Assembly (NCBI GenBank): GCA_047947115.1 | Contig: CP170459.1 | Location: 3,104,001-3,168,000 of the forward strand | From: Verrucomicrobiota bacterium | GTDB taxonomy: Bacteria > Verrucomicrobiota > Verrucomicrobiia > Limisphaerales > AAA164-E04 | Direction: 5' to 3' | DNA length: 64,000 bases | Shown: positions 49,018 to 59,263 of the stretch, piece by piece | Layout of the letters: each line of letters opens with the position of its first letter | How positions within the stretch are numbered: position 1 is the first letter of the stretch | The notes under the pieces: model-generated | What the model was told of the DNA's origin: nothing | Seen by the model: only the letters and a program-made list of their open reading frames with translations | Databases searched by the model: none | Translations under genes and position numbers: made by a program

Positions 49018-51092
49018 ATGTATTTCGGAGTCGATTATCATCCGGAGCATTGGGTCTTCCCGTATGCTGGAACCAAGGACAATCCCGAAGCACGATGGGA
49101 GGAGGATGCCCGCTTGATGGCGGAGGCGGGTGTGAATGTGATTCGGTTCGGCGAATACGTCTGGGGCATCTGTGAGCGCGAGGAAGGGAAGTTTGAGTTT
49201 GATTGGATGCTTCGACTCATGGACGTCATGAAGAAGCATGGGATTAAAGTAGTACCTGTACCCCTACCGCAGCTCCACCTATTTGGCTGACTCGCAAACA
49301 TCCGGAAGTTCTGCCCGTCGATGAGAATGGGCTTCCTCATCATGAAGGCACACGCCACGCAGCCTGTTTGAACAGCGGGGTATTCTGGGATTACAGTAAG
49401 CGCATCGTCACCGAACTTGCCAAAGCAACCGGCGGTCATGAGCAATTGGTTGCCTGGCAGATCGATTCGGGTGTGGGGGGGCATACCACCGAGTTTTCAT
49501 TCAACGAGGAAACCCGAAATGACTGGCATGCCTGGTTGCAGGCCAAATATGAGACTGTTGAAAATCTCAACGACTGCATGGGAGGGCGTTTTTGGGGACA
49601 ACTGGTCAATGATTTCTCGGAAGTTCCCATGCCTCAGCGCGCCCCGACAGTTCACAACCCTGCTTTGGTGCTGGATTGGATGCGGTTTTCCAGTGACACC
49701 ATTGTCGCTTACATCAAAATGCAGGCGGATCTGCTCAAAGAACTGACTCCTGGCAAACCGGTAACCACCATGATGCGTGCTTTGTCACGGCATTATGATC
49801 ATTTTGATGTCGCGGAGACACTTGATTTCAGCTCTCTGGACAGTTACGCCACCATTAAATCCAAACCCGCGGAAAATGCCATGGAAGTGGATATCCTTCG
49901 CTCGTTGAAGAAGGAAAATTGTTTGTTGCCCGATGGAAGCCACAAGGGCTTCTGGGTGATGGAACAAAAGGCGGGTAATGTGAACTGGCAAAAGGTCAAT
50001 TCGCTCGTTCGGCCCGGGGTGGTGCGTTTGTTCACATATCAATTGATTTCGCGTGGTTGTGACGGGGTCCTGTTCTTTTTCTGGCGTCAGCCACGCATTG
50101 GTTCTGAGAAGTTCTATGGTGGCGTTCTCTCTCATACTGGCAAAGGAGATACGCGGATTTATCGTGAAATCAAGCAGATCGGCGAAGAAATCAAATTGCT
50201 GGATCCGATCATCAAGGGATCCGAAGTCAAGGCTGAGACCTGCATTCTGTACACACATGATAATGCCTGGAGTTTGAAGCAGGGAATGCAGCCCACGCAG
50301 GATTTTGATTTAAGGAATCACATGCTGATGTTTTACAGCGCGTTGCATGATCGTAATATCCCTGTCGAGTTTGCTCGGCCCACTGATGATCTATCCAAAT
50401 ACAAACTGGTCATTGCCCCTTCGTTGCATCAACTCGCCTGGGGAGAAGCCGATCGCCTGAAACTGTATGTGCAAAATGGAGGGACTTTGGTGGGCACGTT
50501 TAATTCGGGTATGGTTGATGAACATCATATTGCCCCGGATGATGGGTTTCCTCTGGGAATGACGGATCTGTTTGGGTTGGAAGTGGTGGAATTTGACCCC
50601 ATACCGAGTGATTCGGAAAATCACCTTCACATGAAGGCGGATTTTCCATCCAGCCACCTTCATCCAGCCAAAGTGTGGTGTGACCTGATCGAACCGCGTG
50701 AATGCAAAGTCATGGCCACGTTTGCCAAAGATTTCTACGCTGGCCGTCCGGCCATGACGATCAATGAGTTCGGACTTGGCAAGGCCATCTATATCGGAAC
50801 CATGAGCCATCTCTATTTCTATCTGGATCTGGTCACATGGCTGCGTCAGGAGTGTCAATTATTCCCGTTGTTGCGTGTGCCGGAAGGAGTAGAAGTCAGT
50901 CTAAGGCAACGTGATGACACCCGGATCTACTTTCTGCTGAATCATCAGAACAATCCTGTCCGACTTCAATTTTACAAACCGGTTCACGACTACCTCACCG
51001 GGAATACGTTTCAGGGGAGCTATGATCTTCCGCCTCATGGTGTTTTGGTGATCGATGAACGCAGTGATAATGGCGAGGGTGGGGTTGCCTGA
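49018..51092 (+). pseudogene. GH42 beta-galactosidase-like gene with a one-base deletion near 49255
   Basis: FGVDYHPEHW N-terminus; restoring one base gives …IKVVxCTPTAAPPIWL…; trimerisation-like and C-terminal domains follow. Confidence 0.82.
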
Positions 51093-51122
51093 GGATGCCG
51101 GTCAAAAATTCTTGAAAATAGT

Positions 51123-51151
51123 TGAAACCTTCCTGATCACTCTGAGGTTTA
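51123..51151 (+). promoter_or_regulatory. Candidate autoregulatory ECF promoter
   Basis: TGAAACC-N17-GTTTA about 50 nt upstream of the ECF gene. Confidence 0.4.
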
Positions 51152-51198
51152 TTCACCATACGATCCGTTCGAGTCAGATAATGGATTGATGGAATAAA

Positions 51199-51828
51199 AT
51201 GGAATCATCGGACCAACAATTTGAGGCATTTGTTTTGGAGCATCAGGATATGGTGTTCGGTTACGCCATGCGGATGTTGAGCAACCGGGCCGAAGCACAG
51301 GACATTGCTCAAGAAACATTTCTTCGTGCCTTTCGACATTTCAGCTCCTTGCGGCAGGAACCTGCGGTTCGGGGATGGTTGAAAACAGTGACACGAAACC
51401 TTTGCTTGAATCACTTGACGCGCTATCGGTCCCGCTGGCGCTTTTTCAGCGATTGGCGCAAAGAAAGAGCAGGTGAGAAAACTCCGGATCCGGTGGAGTC
51501 GATCCCAAGTCCGGTCGATGACAAAAGTGAAGCAGAACGCTCGGATGAACGGGCGCTTCTTGAAAAGCTGTTGGGGCAATTGCCCGAGCAACAGCGCATC
51601 CCCCTCATCCTTTACCATTTTGATGACATGAGTTATGAGGAGATAGCCGGCATGCTCAAGGTATCTCTCGGGAAGGTTAAAACAGACATCCACCGAGCCC
51701 GACACGCTTTGAAGAAGAAAATCTCAAAACATCAGGCAGCTCGGCAGGAGTGGGGTAATGCGGTCGATACGGATGATTTCTCCCCATTACAATGTCAATT
51801 ATACGGAGCAGGAGGAGCCATATCATGA
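51199..51828 (+). CDS. ECF sigma factor (sigma-70 group 4)
   Basis: AQDIAQETFLRA, WL…RNLCLN, LP…R, MSYEEIA…GKVKTDIHRAR. Confidence 0.93.
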   Translation: MESSDQQFEAFVLEHQDMVFGYAMRMLSNRAEAQDIAQETFLRAFRHFSSLRQEPAVRGWLKTVTRNLCLNHLTRYRSRWRFFSDWRKERAGEKTPDPVESIPSPVDDKSEAERSDERALLEKLLGQLPEQQRIPLILYHFDDMSYEEIAGMLKVSLGKVKTDIHRARHALKKKISKHQAARQEWGNAVDTDDFSPLQCQLYGAGGAIS

Positions 51829-52289
51829 GTCGGAAACCAGATTTTGATTCCTTGGAAGATTGGGCCGATCGCAAGCTCAAGCAACTGGGCTCTCCTGCGG
51901 CTCCAAGTGATTTTCTTGCCGGTGTCATGCAGAAAGTGCATGACGATCCCGTCGCTTATGTTGCAGCGGAGAATCCTTCCGCAATGTTGATCTGGCTGCG
52001 ATACGGGGTGGTCATCGCTTCAACATGTCTATTAGTCGCGGTCATGTTGTTCGATGCTTCCTGGGTGGCTCATTGGTGGGATCAATCATGGTTGGCCAAT
52101 GCTTACTCCATCGGATCACATCTGTTTTTGGGGGGGAGGCAGATTGTCGTGAGCTTGGCGGGGATGATACCTGCCTTTGTCTGGGTGGGGATGGGTGTGT
52201 CCATCCTGGCTGCATATGGCATGTTGGCATTGACCGGAGGCTTTTTGGTTCATTTCACACTCAAACGCACAAGAATTCACGCAGCATGA
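51825..52289 (+). CDS. Putative membrane anti-sigma factor
   Basis: GGAGGAG SD; ATGA overlap with the sigma gene; APSDFLAGVM followed by TM helices. Confidence 0.65.
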   Translation: MSRKPDFDSLEDWADRKLKQLGSPAAPSDFLAGVMQKVHDDPVAYVAAENPSAMLIWLRYGVVIASTCLLVAVMLFDASWVAHWWDQSWLANAYSIGSHLFLGGRQIVVSLAGMIPAFVWVGMGVSILAAYGMLALTGGFLVHFTLKRTRIHAA

Positions 52290-53860
52290 TTCACTTCAGA
52301 ACATTTACTGGATTTTACTGGAGAACCTGGTTGGCTGCTCTTGCCGCCCTTCTTATATGCAGTGACGTCATCTCTCAGGAAAATGGGAACTCACTGAGAC
52401 GTCGTTCTCAGGATGATTTGATTATTGTCAACCGTTCCGAAACGGTGCGAGCCGATCAAAAGGTTCGCAGCGCGGTAGTGATCGGGGGAGACATCGTGGT
52501 CGAAGGGGTGATCGATCGGGATTTGGTCGTGGTGGGTGGTTCCGCCATTGTGCGTGGTGAAATCGGAGGACAACTCATTGTGGTCGGAGGTAAACTTGAG
52601 GCCGGTTCTGATGCCCTGATACGCAATGGAGGTGTTTTGATTGGCGGACCTTTCGAGATGGAATCTTCCGACATTTTTGAACGGGATGTATTCCAATTTC
52701 CGCTTCCAGGTTTGTTTTCATTCCTGTCGGGAATCAAGGCCTGGATTGCTTACTGCGTGTTTCTTGTCAGACCCTTCGCGCCCAGTGTCGGTTGGACGAT
52801 GATGTTGGCCGGATTGTTGACTCTTGTAAATTTTCTTATCCTGATTCTGCTGGGCAGTGGGGTGGATCGTTCGGTTAAAATGATGATGCCGCGACCGCTG
52901 ACAGCCTTTTTTGTCGGGCTTCTCGGTTTTGTTTTGCTCGGACCGCTTTTGGTGTTGGTGACCGCAACCGGAGTGGGAGCCTTAATGGTGCCGTTTGTGC
53001 TCTGCGCTTTGGTTGCTGCGATATTGATCGGGAAAGTGGCGGTCTATTCGGCCCTCGGACAGCGTATCGGTGAGAGGGCGGGCTTGCATTGGGATGGTGC
53101 CTCCATTCCGGCATTCCTTTCCGGTAGTTTGATTGTTTTCCTCCTCTATCTGGTGCCGTTTTTGGGAGGGCTTGTTTTGGGTGTGGTGATTCCGTTGGCA
53201 TTTGGCGCTGTTTTGATGGCGGGATTCCAGATGTTCACGACCGAAGTTGATCTTCCAGCTTCCAAACCTTCCAGACCCTTTGTGATGCCTTCCGCAGCCA
53301 CCACACAACCAACCTCATCATCCGTCAAAACCGGTTCCGGCTTTGGTGAATCCGTTAAAAAAGTGGAAACGGAAGATTCCCAATCCGTCGGCACCAAATT
53401 CGATGACGGTTTATCGGATTCCTCTTCAAGTGCGTCGAAGGATACTCCCATGCAGGATCAGGAGAAGACCGTTCGGGATGAATTCCAATATGAGCGGGCC
53501 GGATTCTGGTTGCGCATGGCTGCTGTAGGCCTGGATTTTTTACTTTTGTTTTTTGGATTGCACTTGTTGGATTTGATGGGGCATCACGGTGCTTTCCGGC
53601 GTTTCGTGATGATTTGGATGGTCTATCACATCGTCCTGTGGAGTTGGAAAGGAACCACGGTTGGAGGCATGATCATGCATTTGAAACTCATGCAAACGGA
53701 TGGAAACCATGTGACCTGGGGCACCTCTGTGATGCGTTCCTTGGCCTCCTTTTTTTCGTTCATTGCCCTCGGGCTGGGCTTTATATGGGTCAGCTGGAAT
53801 GATAATCGTCAGTCCTGGCACGACATCATCGCAGGAACGGTGATTATTAAAGAACCGTAA
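52286..53860 (+). CDS. Membrane protein with beta-helix-like N-domain, multi-TM core and C-terminal RDD domain
   Basis: Repeated VVxGG motifs; Ser/Thr-rich linker; AGFWLRMAA…D…QSWHDIIAGT (RDD). Confidence 0.8.
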   Translation: MIHFRTFTGFYWRTWLAALAALLICSDVISQENGNSLRRRSQDDLIIVNRSETVRADQKVRSAVVIGGDIVVEGVIDRDLVVVGGSAIVRGEIGGQLIVVGGKLEAGSDALIRNGGVLIGGPFEMESSDIFERDVFQFPLPGLFSFLSGIKAWIAYCVFLVRPFAPSVGWTMMLAGLLTLVNFLILILLGSGVDRSVKMMMPRPLTAFFVGLLGFVLLGPLLVLVTATGVGALMVPFVLCALVAAILIGKVAVYSALGQRIGERAGLHWDGASIPAFLSGSLIVFLLYLVPFLGGLVLGVVIPLAFGAVLMAGFQMFTTEVDLPASKPSRPFVMPSAATTQPTSSSVKTGSGFGESVKKVETEDSQSVGTKFDDGLSDSSSSASKDTPMQDQEKTVRDEFQYERAGFWLRMAAVGLDFLLLFFGLHLLDLMGHHGAFRRFVMIWMVYHIVLWSWKGTTVGGMIMHLKLMQTDGNHVTWGTSVMRSLASFFSFIALGLGFIWVSWNDNRQSWHDIIAGTVIIKEP

Positions 53861-53891
53861 CATAAAGCGGCTCTGGCCTGAACCCGGTTGT

Positions 53892-55532
53892 TTAATGCTC
53901 CAGTGATCCCGGCTCAATAATAGTGTCTTTCTGTTGCCAGCTTTGGCTCGATTGTGGGTAATTCAGATTGTAGTGAAGCCCTCTGCTTTCCTGTCGTTTC
54001 AGGGCGGATTCGATGATCAGTGAGGAGACGATTGCCAGGTTGCGCAACTCAAGCAGATCCGGGGTTAGAACAAAGTTCCAATAAAATTCGTGGATTTCTT
54101 CCTTCAGGTTGGCGATGCGCTTGCGTGCCCGAAGCAGTCGTTTGTTGGTTCGGACAATGCCAACATAATCCCACATCATTCGTCTGATTTCATCCCAGTT
54201 GTGGGAAATGACCACCAATTCGTCCGGATCCTGTGCGCCTCCGCTTTCCCAGTGTGGCAGTTTGGCATCGTAGTGATTCAAAGCCCCTTCTTTTTTCAAA
54301 TTTGAAATGCGCTCGATGGCTCGATGCGAGCAGACCAATGCTTCCAGAAGTGAATTGCTTGCCAGTCGGTTGGCACCATGCAGTCCGGTGCACGAAACTT
54401 CACCCACGGCAAAAAGTCCTTCAATATTTGTTTCACCATCAATCGTGGTCATCACCCCGCCGCATTGGTAATGAGCAGCGGGCACTACCGGTATGGCTTC
54501 TTTGGTGATGTCGATTCCGTACTGCATGCAGGTCTGATAGATATTCGGGAACCGGTTCATGGTGAAGGGTGCGGCTTTGTGGGTGATGTCCAGATTCACG
54601 TGGTCGGCGCCTGTTCGTTTCATCTCTGAATCGATGGCTCGGGCGACCACGTCCCTTGGAGCGAGTGAAGCCAGATCGTGCGCTTTTTCCATGAAGGAAG
54701 CTCCGTCCAGGTTTTTGAGAATGCCTCCTTCGCCTCTCAAAGCTTCACTAATGAGGAAGGTTTTGGCTTTAGGATGATAAAGGCAGGTTGGGTGAAACTG
54801 GACGAATTCCATATTGGCGATCGGGACACCAGCCCGATAAGCCATGGCGACCCCATCTCCAGTCGCAATATCCGGGTTGGTGGTGTAAAGGTAAACCTTT
54901 CCGCATCCGCCTGTTGCCAGCAGGACAACAGGAGCGCGGAATGTCTGAATGCGATGGGTTTTGCTGTCCAGCACATAGGCACCAAGGCATTTGTTGTTAC
55001 CGGAAAGCCCCAACTTGTTGGACGTGATGAGGTCGATCGCGAAATGGTTTTCAAGGACTTCGATGTTTGGGTTCTTTGCAATGGCATGCAAGAGAGCCCT
55101 CTCTATTTCCCGTCCGGTGACATCTTTGCAATGGAGAATGCGTCGCTTGGAATGGCCTCCTTCCTTTCCGAGATCCAGTTCTTTTTCCCCTCCTGAGTTG
55201 GGAATCTCGCGTTCGCTGAAGCGCATGCCGAGCTCCATCAATTCGTGAATGCGATCAGGTCCTTCTGAAATAATGGTTCGAACCACATCTTCGTTGCAAA
55301 GTCCCGCTCCCGCGTCGCAAGTGTCCTTGATGTGCATTTCGAAGGAATCTTCCTGACTGGTCACCGCGGCAACGCCTCCTTGGGCGTAGTTGGTGTTTGA
55401 TTCGGCTTTGTGCTTTTTGGTGATGATGGCCACCCGTCCTTGTTGGGCTGCTTTCAAAGCAAAGGTCAGGCCGGCGATGCCACTGCCAAGAACGATGAAA
55501 TCATAGGAGGGTTGTTGATTGCTGTGTGTCAT
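53892..55532 (-). CDS. nadB: L-aspartate oxidase
   Basis: [60 protein letters not shown]. Confidence 0.95.
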   Translation of the reverse strand: MTHSNQQPSYDFIVLGSGIAGLTFALKAAQQGRVAIITKKHKAESNTNYAQGGVAAVTSQEDSFEMHIKDTCDAGAGLCNEDVVRTIISEGPDRIHELMELGMRFSEREIPNSGGEKELDLGKEGGHSKRRILHCKDVTGREIERALLHAIAKNPNIEVLENHFAIDLITSNKLGLSGNNKCLGAYVLDSKTHRIQTFRAPVVLLATGGCGKVYLYTTNPDIATGDGVAMAYRAGVPIANMEFVQFHPTCLYHPKAKTFLISEALRGEGGILKNLDGASFMEKAHDLASLAPRDVVARAIDSEMKRTGADHVNLDITHKAAPFTMNRFPNIYQTCMQYGIDITKEAIPVVPAAHYQCGGVMTTIDGETNIEGLFAVGEVSCTGLHGANRLASNSLLEALVCSHRAIERISNLKKEGALNHYDAKLPHWESGGAQDPDELVVISHNWDEIRRMMWDYVGIVRTNKRLLRARKRIANLKEEIHEFYWNFVLTPDLLELRNLAIVSSLIIESALKRQESRGLHYNLNYPQSSQSWQQKDTIIEPGSLEH

Positions 55533-55541
55533 GGCAAAGGA

Positions 55542-56414
55542 TTATAACCGAATATTGTCGATGAGTCGTGTGGTTCCAAAATACACCGCCAGGGCCATGT
55601 GCGATCCCTGTCGAACCGTAGATAAGGGTTCCAATGTGTCCGGATCGAAAAAGGCGATGTAATCAAGGCGCGCAAGAGGACATCGTTGAATGGCCTGCTC
55701 CAATTGTTTCTTCAGTGTAACTGTTTTCAATCCTGTTTGAGAAGAGTAAGCCTGAACCTTGCGCTTCGCCGCCTTTAATATGTCAATCAGGATGGTTGCC
55801 TGTGCCCGTTGCTCCGGGGTGAGGTAGGCGTTGCGCGAACTCATGGCCAGACCGTCCGGTTCCCGAACTGTTGGGGCGACAATGATGCGGACGGGGAGAT
55901 TGAGATCTTTGGTCATGCGTCGAATGATGGCAGATTGCTGGTAGTCCTTTGCGCCAAAAACCGCGAATTCAGGTAGTGTTAGCATGAACAGTTTGGTGAC
56001 AATGGTCGTCACGCCCTTGAAATGGGTCGGGCGCGTACCACCTTCCATGGATTGAGATAATTGGGATTCTTCCACATAGGTTGAGAAATGCCCGGAATCT
56101 TTTCCCGGGTACATGGAAGCGTCATCCGGTAGAAAAGCAACATCAACTCCTTCCTTGCGGCAGATGTCCAAATCGCGCTTCAAATCCCTGGGATAGGCGC
56201 CAAAATCCTCGTTCGGACCGAACTGGGTGGGGTTGACATAGATGCTGACCACGACCTTGCCTTCGTTCCCAACCTTCCTTCGCGCACGTTGAATGAGGCT
56301 GGTGTGACCCGGATGCAAATACCCCATGGTTGGGACAAGAGCCACGGGTGTCCCGTTTTTCTTCATTCCAAGCGCCCAGCGTTGCATGGCCTTTACGTTA
56401 CGGACTTGCTGCAT
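55542..56414 (-). CDS. panC: Pantoate--beta-alanine ligase
   Basis: PTMGYLHPGH, VNPTQF, RPTHF, FGAKDYQQ, REPDGLAMSSRN, RLIDN. Confidence 0.95.
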   Translation of the reverse strand: MQQVRNVKAMQRWALGMKKNGTPVALVPTMGYLHPGHTSLIQRARRKVGNEGKVVVSIYVNPTQFGPNEDFGAYPRDLKRDLDICRKEGVDVAFLPDDASMYPGKDSGHFSTYVEESQLSQSMEGGTRPTHFKGVTTIVTKLFMLTLPEFAVFGAKDYQQSAIIRRMTKDLNLPVRIIVAPTVREPDGLAMSSRNAYLTPEQRAQATILIDILKAAKRKVQAYSSQTGLKTVTLKKQLEQAIQRCPLARLDYIAFFDPDTLEPLSTVRQGSHMALAVYFGTTRLIDNIRL

Positions 56415-56495
56415 TTTCCACCATTAGTGCGGGAAATTCGGGCTGATGCAATCCTATTGTCAATTTGTCCGGATTGGATTAGGTTCGCCGGACAC

Positions 56496-57176
56496 ATGAT
56501 CACATTGAAACAATTTATCTTCGTCGGCGCATTGAGCGCTTCACTCGCTTTTTCATCGGCCTGCAAGGCACAGACAGTTGCGGGAAAGCCAACCCCGCTT
56601 GTTCCCGACAAGGATGGGTGGATTCAGCTGTTTGACGGGAAAACACTGAGTGGCTGGATGACCTTCGATCCGCATGCCTGGAGCATCAATGAGAAGGGAG
56701 AACTGGTGGGAGTTGGAAAACGCAGCCATTTGTTCAGCCCGAACACGTATCGCAACATGGAATACCGGGCCACCGTGAAACTGAATCATAAAGGGAACAG
56801 CGGCATGTATTTTCGCGCACAGTTGGGTGAAGGATGGCCCAAGGGCTATGAGTCACAAGTGGAAAACACCAGCCCGGATCCACAGAGAACCGGTTCACTT
56901 TACAATTTTGTCAAAATTGGTGAGCAACTGATCGAAGACGACACCTGGTGGACACAACACGTGATTGCGATTGGTAACCGGATCATCATCAAAGTGAACG
57001 ACAAGATTGTGGTGGATTATGTGGACGAAAAGAACACCCACACCGAAGGCCATCTGGCCGTTCAGCAACATGATCCAGGCAGCGTTGTTCATTACAAAAA
57101 CGTGGAAGTACGCCCTCTGCCTGACGATGCCGCAGCAGCACTGGCCATCGCCAAAAAAGAAACGCCCGGACTTTGA
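56496..57176 (+). CDS. Secreted DUF1080 (3-keto-disaccharide hydrolase-like) protein
   Basis: Signal peptide; LFDGKTLSGW, NSGMYFR, YESQ, TGSLY, QQH, YKNV. Confidence 0.88.
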   Translation: MITLKQFIFVGALSASLAFSSACKAQTVAGKPTPLVPDKDGWIQLFDGKTLSGWMTFDPHAWSINEKGELVGVGKRSHLFSPNTYRNMEYRATVKLNHKGNSGMYFRAQLGEGWPKGYESQVENTSPDPQRTGSLYNFVKIGEQLIEDDTWWTQHVIAIGNRIIIKVNDKIVVDYVDEKNTHTEGHLAVQQHDPGSVVHYKNVEVRPLPDDAAAALAIAKKETPGL

Positions 57177-57215
57177 GGTCCGAGCGTTCGCAACTTGAGT
57201 GGAAGGGAAGAATGC

Positions 57216-58586
57216 CTATTTCTTTTTCTTCTGCCCGAGGCGTTTGATCTTCAGATTGCGGTAGTGCACTTCATCCTGGTGGTCTTGAAGCAGGATGTGT
57301 CCCTGGTGGCGATAGCCGAATTTGTCGACTTTCTTGAATTTGCTGTTTGCCACCGCATCCAACACTTCCTGGCTTCCCAGGGTGTAGTGCAATACCATTA
57401 CCCCGTTGAGCCAGTGCTCGACCTTTTGTCCTTTGATCAGCACGCGGCTCTTGTTGAAGGAGCCAACTGGTTGTAATACCCGGTTGTTGGCTGGGAAAAC
57501 GTCGTAGAATGCAGCCGTCTGCCACTTGGGTCCGCGAAGGGCATCCGGGTGTTTGGAGTCGTCGATGACCTGATACTCATGGCCGATGGCGCCGCCGCGT
57601 TCTTCCATGATGAAGTATTTGACACCACTATTGGCTCCCGGGGCGACTTTCCATTCCCACTGGAAATCGAATTGACCATATTTCTGCTTGGTGATGATGT
57701 CCCCACCGCCGCCTTTGCTGATGTGCTTGATGCAATCGTTTTCAATGACCCAGCCTTTCTCGGGAAAGGCTTCTTTTTTGAATCCGCGCCACTGGTCGGT
57801 GTTCTTGCCGTTGAAAAGATTGCGCCATCCGGCCTCGCGAGCTGCTTTGCTGAGAACGTTTGCACGGCGCGCTTCCGGCAATGCTTCGGGCTCCGGCAGT
57901 GAACGCACCTTGATGTTCCTGAACCATACCTCATCGTGATGGTGCTGAAACACGATGTGACCGGTGCGCTCTTTGTCAAAGTTCTTGTGGGGGGCGAACT
58001 TGCTGTTGGCAATCAATGTCTGAATGCCATATGAATCCAGTTCACAGGCGACGACTTTATCTCCGTTCAACCAATGTTCCAGTTGGTTGCCCTGAAGTAT
58101 AATGCGGGATTCGTTGAAGGAACCAACCGGTTTCAGTGTTTTCCTCTCGGCACTGACCAAAGCATAGAGGGAACCGGCCGCCGTCAGCGGATTAGCGCCA
58201 TCGGCGTGTTTGGAGTCGTCCAATACCTGATATTCAGGTCCCGTGTGCCAGGGACTGTCGCTGTTTTCCTGAACGCGATACATCACGCCACTATTGGCGC
58301 CCGGCGTCGCCTTCCATTCGAAGACGAGTTCGAAGTTGCGGTATTGTTTTTTGGTGACGATGTCTTTGACGGTTCCTTCCGGGTTGGTGCGCAGGGTGCC
58401 GTCTTTAACGGTCCAGCCATCGGATGGGAATGAGTCCATCTGATACCCCCTGAACGCTTCGGTGCCGTTTCCGTTGAACAAGGTTTCCCATTCCCCGGCC
58501 ATGAGCGGTGATTGAGCCATGGATGCCCCGAAAAGGACCATACATGCGGTTTGTGTGATACGATTGGAAATCATGTAGTTGATCAT
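57216..58586 (-). CDS. Secreted tandem DUF1080 protein
   Basis: Two copies of LFNG…NSGV…EYQ…EHWLNG…Q-x-H…RN. Confidence 0.88.
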   Translation of the reverse strand: MINYMISNRITQTACMVLFGASMAQSPLMAGEWETLFNGNGTEAFRGYQMDSFPSDGWTVKDGTLRTNPEGTVKDIVTKKQYRNFELVFEWKATPGANSGVMYRVQENSDSPWHTGPEYQVLDDSKHADGANPLTAAGSLYALVSAERKTLKPVGSFNESRIILQGNQLEHWLNGDKVVACELDSYGIQTLIANSKFAPHKNFDKERTGHIVFQHHHDEVWFRNIKVRSLPEPEALPEARRANVLSKAAREAGWRNLFNGKNTDQWRGFKKEAFPEKGWVIENDCIKHISKGGGGDIITKQKYGQFDFQWEWKVAPGANSGVKYFIMEERGGAIGHEYQVIDDSKHPDALRGPKWQTAAFYDVFPANNRVLQPVGSFNKSRVLIKGQKVEHWLNGVMVLHYTLGSQEVLDAVANSKFKKVDKFGYRHQGHILLQDHQDEVHYRNLKIKRLGQKKKK

Positions 58587-58806
58587 GAAGGATGGAGAGG
58601 GGGTATTTCAATGCTTAAAGTCGGGTCTCAGGTGCTTGGAGGAGGTGTTGTTCAACCGGATCGTTCCGGCATCTTCTTATTTTTAGCCTGCAAGATTTCC
58701 TCCACCTAATTCTTGAAGAATTGATCTTTTCGGAGCATAAACAAGGGTCCTGAGGCCATCCAACGAGTTGGTGTGGTGCTCAGGGGCTGACAAAGCAAAC
58801 ACTAAG

Positions 58807-59115
58807 ATGGAAACATATTTCAACAATCTGACGACCAACGACGGTGGTCGCAAACAATTGCTTCAGGATATACGGAAGTTGATTGAGGAGGCGGAGGGGC
58901 TCATCAAGAACACTGCCGAAGACCTTCCCGAAAAATCCAAATCCGAGATTCTGGAGCGACTGGAGCGCCTTAAAAAGTCCTGTCACCGGATCGATGAACA
59001 AACCTATGCAGGTGTGGAAGCGGTGGATCAGATAGTGCGCCGTTATCCGTATCAATCCATCGGAATCGCCGCGCTTGGAGGCGTCATTCTCGGAACCATT
59101 CTGAATAAGAAGTAA
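58807..59115 (+). CDS. DUF883 (ElaB/YqjD-like) tail-anchored protein
   Basis: Helical N-terminus; DQIVRRYPYQSIGIAALGGVILG. Confidence 0.82.
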   Translation: METYFNNLTTNDGGRKQLLQDIRKLIEEAEGLIKNTAEDLPEKSKSEILERLERLKKSCHRIDEQTYAGVEAVDQIVRRYPYQSIGIAALGGVILGTILNKK

Positions 59116-59263
59116 TTTCCAGCAGATATTAGTCCTTTCTCACGTGAATAAAGCTTGTTGTACGCGGGTGGCTTGCTGAAATCAGCTTGACCTGGTGCGA
59201 TACCCAACAGGCTTTGTGCCCTATTTAACAAAATCCAATTCTTTTTTCTGAACCATAGACGAT

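Noticed and set aside
59116..59263. T-box leader before leuS
   Set aside because: Region too short, with no T-box consensus or terminator.
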